Of a stretch of DNA of 64,000 bases, positions 59,450 to 64,000 are shown piece after piece. The stretch's first letter is position 1, and every line of letters begins with the position of its first letter. The position numbers and the translations under genes were made by a program. The DNA comes from Octopus vulgaris (lineage: Eukaryota), in NCBI GenBank assembly GCA_951406725.2, contig OX597817.1, forward strand, positions 96,038,001-96,102,000. Direction: 5' to 3'. Below the pieces are notes generated by a model, which was not told where the DNA came from, searched no databases, and saw only the letters and a list, made by a program, of their open reading frames with translations.

Positions 59450-60765
59450 TACTAGCAGAGATACCCGGCGTTGCCCATGTTAAATACAACTGAAGAATTA
59501 AACTTTTTTGTTATATTTTCTGTAATGAACTGGAATATCTATGTTTCGAATTTCATCAAAATTGCAGATGAGGGTTATTTCCCTCTTTGCACACCCCAAA
59601 AAAATTGTAATCGTGTGACATGTATCCCATACTACTGATTTTTATGTGCATATTCCAAAATTCCAGTCTTATTGAACCTGTTAAAAAGATTTTGCTCCTG
59701 AAAAATGAAGGTCATGGAGCTATAAAATGTGAGAGTTAAGGCCCCTGTTGGAAGTGGGCATCTTAATGTCAACCAGAGAAGTTGAATTGTTGGGAATCTT
59801 TTTAACTTGGGTCTTATATCTATTGTTTGAATTTCTTTGAAATAGGAAATATATGTTCACTGGGTTTGTAAAAGAGAGCAAAGCTACAGGAAACCAAAAG
59901 ACGAATGATCACAATAAGCAGTCAGTTACCCTACCCTAGTCGCTACCACTCCCAATGTAGGATTCCTCACCATCCAGGTGAGAGGCACAGTCGTAAGATG
60001 CATTACGAATCTATAGCAATTGGAAGGGAGTGACCCAACTGAAATCAACATTAACAACTGTGTGACGTGAGGGCTAAGGAGAAATTAAAGTGTCACCTCT
60101 GGAGTTTGCAAATGACCACTATACTGATACGTAACTGGACAGAATGAATTTACAATCTATAAATGTCTTTGAATAACCAGTCACTCATCTGGGGAGGCCT
60201 TGAAATCAATGCTACCATCTGGGGACTATGTGTGACCTAGTGATAATAAAAAGTCTGAAAGGAGGTTTGCAATCAAATAACTTTACTCAACACTTTGCAA
60301 CTGAATCAGTGGAGGCAAAGATGCCTCTCATTTACTTGACAATTTATGCACCACATTGCAGAAATAATCATGTAAGTGTCTGTCAAAGCAAACTCTTACA
60401 CTGTTGTACCATTGAGTTAAAAATAATCCTCAACTTTTATGCTCAGGTAACCCTACAGCTTCCAAGAGCACAACTGTATTCGTTTTTGTTTAGATAAAAT
60501 GACAAAATTGTGGGTGTTAAGTCCCCATGGAAGGGTTTTTCTAACTTGTAAGAAGATGAAATTTTATAAATATTACTTCGTGTCTAATATCTATGGTTAA
60601 AATTTCATCAACAGCAAAAATATATGATTTGTCATGGGGGTTATGGCCCTTATGCATAGACTATGATTTCCAAATTTCATAAAGATCCATTCAGTACTTT
60701 TGACCTAGTTTTGGATCATAGAAGAAATGACTAAAATTTGGGAGTTAAGACTCCCATTAGGGTGT

Positions 60766-60775
<10 letters not shown>
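59450..60775. mobile_element. Helitron/Helentron-derived element with a decayed Pif1 helicase fragment (~60030-60460, -)
   Basis: Terminus actagcagagatacccggcgttgccc like 949; decayed GLPEHK, CKSRGDTL (cf. NKSQGQTL) and QL.VDFSWV (cf. QLYVAFSRV) in the correct order. Confidence 0.5.
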
Positions 60776-60800
<25 letters not shown>

Positions 60801-60934
60801 GGCATTATACATACATGCCAGAAGGCATTATACATACATGCCAAACGCTAAGAGGGACAATTAGTCATTTCTACCAAAAATATTACTAATCCCACCGAAT
60901 GCAATTTTTCAAAGTAAGACATTTAAAAAATATA

Positions 60935-60980
60935 GACCTGTATCACAGTGATTTCATACTTACGTACTCATCAGCAGGCC
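60935..60980 (-). ncRNA. Type I hammerhead ribozyme (inverted copy)
   Basis: Exact reverse complement of 61338-61383. Confidence 0.85.
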
Positions 60981-61337
60981 TGAATGCATTATAAATAAAC
61001 AACGACCCTGCCCCGCTTAAGTCGATCAGCTAACTGTTCAACATCAACGAAGCACATGGGTGAGTTTACATATATTACTTCGAAATTTTTTCTCTTATGA
61101 GGTTTTTACGCTATCTACCTGACAATTTCTTGTTAAGTTTTCCTTATTAAGTAGTTGTCCTTAATTGCTAAATTTTTATTCCGAAAAAACTTTTCCTCTC
61201 CCGAAATGCAATTCGTAAAAGTTTGCCATTTGACCGGATGTAATATATGTAAACTCACCCATGTGCTTCGTTGATGTTGAACAGTTAGCTGATCGACTTA
61301 AGCGGGGCAGGGTCGTTGTTTATTTATAATGCATTCA

Positions 61338-61383
61338 GGCCTGCTGATGAGTACGTAAGTATGAAATCACTGTGATACAGGTC
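61338..61383 (+). ncRNA. Type I hammerhead ribozyme
   Basis: GGCCTG-CTGATGA-GTAC gtaa GTAT-GAA-ATCAC t GTGAT-A-CAGGTC; predicted cleavage after 61377. Confidence 0.85.
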
Positions 61384-61648
61384 TATATTTTTTAAATGTC
61401 TTACTTTGAAAAATTGCATTCGGTGGGATTAGTAATATTTTTGGTAGAAATGACTAATTGTCCCTCTTAGCGTTTGGCATGTATGTATAATGCCTTCTGG
61501 CATGTATGTATAATGCCCTCTATATATAAATTAATATGTTCAATAAGAAATAATTATTTTCGAAATTTTTTCTCTTATGAGGTTTTTACGCTATCTACCT
61601 GACAATTTCTTGTTAAGTTTTCCTTATTAAGTAGTTGTCCTTAATTGC

Positions 61649-61844
<196 letters not shown>

Positions 61845-61944
61845 TAGATATAAATATATACACACACATACACATACAAAGGTAAATTGATAGATACAAC
61901 TGAGTGGGCAAACAAAAATATGAGACACTGCGTAGTGCTTTTTT

Positions 61945-62265
61945 TATATTTTGATAAGCCTGGTACTTATTCTATCAGTTTCTTCTTGTGAAACCAGTAA
62001 GTTATGGGGATGTAAATAAACGAACACCAGTTGTGAAGCGGTGATGAGGGAGAAACACAAAGACACACACATAGACTTACATATATACATACATATACAT
62101 ACAATTGATTTCTTTCAGTTTCTGTCTACAAAATCCACTGACAAGGCTTTGGTTGGTCTGAGGGTATAGCAGAAGACACATGCCAAGTTACCTCACAGTG
62201 GGAATGAACTGAGGACCATGTGTTTTGGAACCAAGTTTTTAACCATACAGCCACACCTGCACCTA
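61945..62265 (-). mobile_element. Diverged tRNA-derived SINE
   Basis: Homologous to 58645-59044. Confidence 0.8.
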
Positions 62266-62438
62266 TGTACGTGTGTGTATGGGTGTATATATGTATGCAT
62301 GTATATATGTGCATATATATATGTGTACATATTACATGTACATCTATATATATATATATACATCTAGACATACATGTATATCTATAGAAATACATCTATA
62401 CATATACATGTGTACATATACAGCTATACATATACATG

Positions 62439-62471
<33 letters not shown>

Positions 62472-62473
62472 GA

Positions 62474-62505
<32 letters not shown>

Positions 62506-62559
62506 CCATATATATACATGTATATATATATACACACATCCATATACATACAACAGATG

Positions 62560-62795
62560 TTTTTGTTTCACTTTTAACACGTAATACTGAAATAGTGGAG
62601 AAAATGTGATATTGCTGTGGGCTCGCACTGGGCAAGAAGATAAACATTTTTTGCCCATGACATTACATGGACCCTAAGTAAGGCATGTGTAAAATTTGAA
62701 TGAATTTGGTTGTGTAGTTCTCAAGTTTTAGGGATTCATACAGACAGACAGACAGACAGACATACAGACACACATTCTCAGTTTTATATATATTG
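62560..62795 (+). mobile_element. HINE-like element 3' part
   Basis: accctaagtaaggcatgtgtaaaatttgaatga...ctcaagttttaggg(cagacaga), shared with 2670-2900 and 26826-26960. Confidence 0.75.
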
Positions 62796-62949
62796 ATATA
62801 TACATATACACAAAGTATGGGGGTTAGTTCACAAGTGATCTAAACGATTAGGTACACTAGGTAAGTACTGTAACGGATTACTGGGGTTGCAAAGTTATAG
62901 CCGAGACGGTAGTTGTGGAGCCATTGTAGATTTTCGATGCAGCGGATAC

Positions 62950-63625
62950 ATAATTGTTAAAGAGGACAACAAGCATTAAGGCAAGGCAAACACCTCAAGT
63001 CGTATACAATATTATTATTATAAAAAATTCAGTCTTACGGCTGTTTCTAGGATATCCCTGAATATGGAATATTCTGTCATCAGAGACAAATGGGGAAAGA
63101 ATAGGGAGGAAGTAAAATAATATGGAGATGCAAAGAAAGAGGAAAAAAGAAGCATAAAAGTTCATAGTTCAACTTTACGAAGTTATAGAAACAAGTGCAT
63201 GAGTACTTAGGTGCAATCCTGCGTAGATTCATGTGTGCTAAACTCCTGATGAAGTAGACATCCTGAGAAAAAAGACACGATCAACGTTCACTAACAGAAT
63301 GGATCTGCGCAGGATTGCACCTAAGGACTCATGCTCTTGTTTCTATAACTTCGGAAAGTTTTATGATTCTTTTTCATGAACTTTTATGATTCTTCTTCCT
63401 TCTTTCCATGTACTTATTCTTTTACTCCCATCCTCTATGTCGTTATCTCATTAATATATGCGATTCTCATTTTGCCTATTTTTCCCTGTTTGTCTCTGGT
63501 AACGGAATATCCCATACTCAGGGATATCCCACAAAGAGCTGTAAGACTGAATTTTTCCCAGTAGTAATACTGTATATGACCTCAGATGTTTCCTTTGCTT
63601 TAATCTTTGTCCTCTTTAACAATTA
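62950..63625. repeat. Old imperfect inverted repeat with a hammerhead motif in each arm
   Basis: 63032-63087 (-): gtct-CTGATGA-c-agaatattcc...gggatatcct-a-GAAA-cagcc-GTA-agac; decayed copy at 63492-63547 (+). Confidence 0.75.
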
Positions 63626-64000
63626 GGTATTTATATATATTAATAATTATATACATAATTATAACAAGGGAGTGGCTATAAGTCTCTCCAGGCGCTAGAA
63701 AAATAGACGCCTAAAGACGCTATTACCACCTTAAAGAATCCGAAAAATAAAACATGGGCTGTAGTCGGACAAAAGAAAGATAATGAATTAAACTTTTGGT
63801 TAACTGTGTACAAGATCCTGTTTCAAATTTAAGGTAAAAAATTATACCTACTACTCTTATCAGCAACGATATTCCATAGCATTTATTTAGGAGTACCTAC
63901 ACATACGTATACGAGCAGAGATTTTGTAGAGCAATATATGTACACACCCTCATAGAAATATACACTAAAAGATCCGCTTATAGCCAATCCCTTGCTATAA

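Noticed and set aside
63246-63275. CTGATGA...GAAA in the spacer of the 63 kb inverted repeat
   Set aside because: No stem II or III pairing.

Overview
Eukaryotic, very AT-rich, microsatellite-laden DNA. The SINE families and repeat landscape suggest an octopus/cephalopod genome (inference). The only well-supported host gene is the 3' part of a + strand multi-exon von Willebrand factor A (vWA) domain gene, with exons at 3752-3775, 4579-4727, 19724-20156, 21079-21129 and 32297-32772. It encodes one canonical MIDAS vWA domain and a degenerate C-terminal one. A possible signal-peptide first exon of another gene lies at 55997. The rest is decayed mobile DNA: R4/Dong, RTE, L1/Tx1 and Jockey/CR1-type LINEs; mariner, maT, pogo-like, hAT-like and Chapaev3-like transposons; Helitron/HINE-like elements; and tRNA-derived SINEs. 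The most notable signal is a dense set of about 14 type-I hammerhead-ribozyme motifs from about 7 sequence families. They sit in Penelope-like terminal repeats mostly inserted in (TA)n tracts, often as inverted duplications, and include an intact one at 61338-61383 and variants with non-canonical cores or very long stem II. Most ORF-track entries are microsatellite artefacts.
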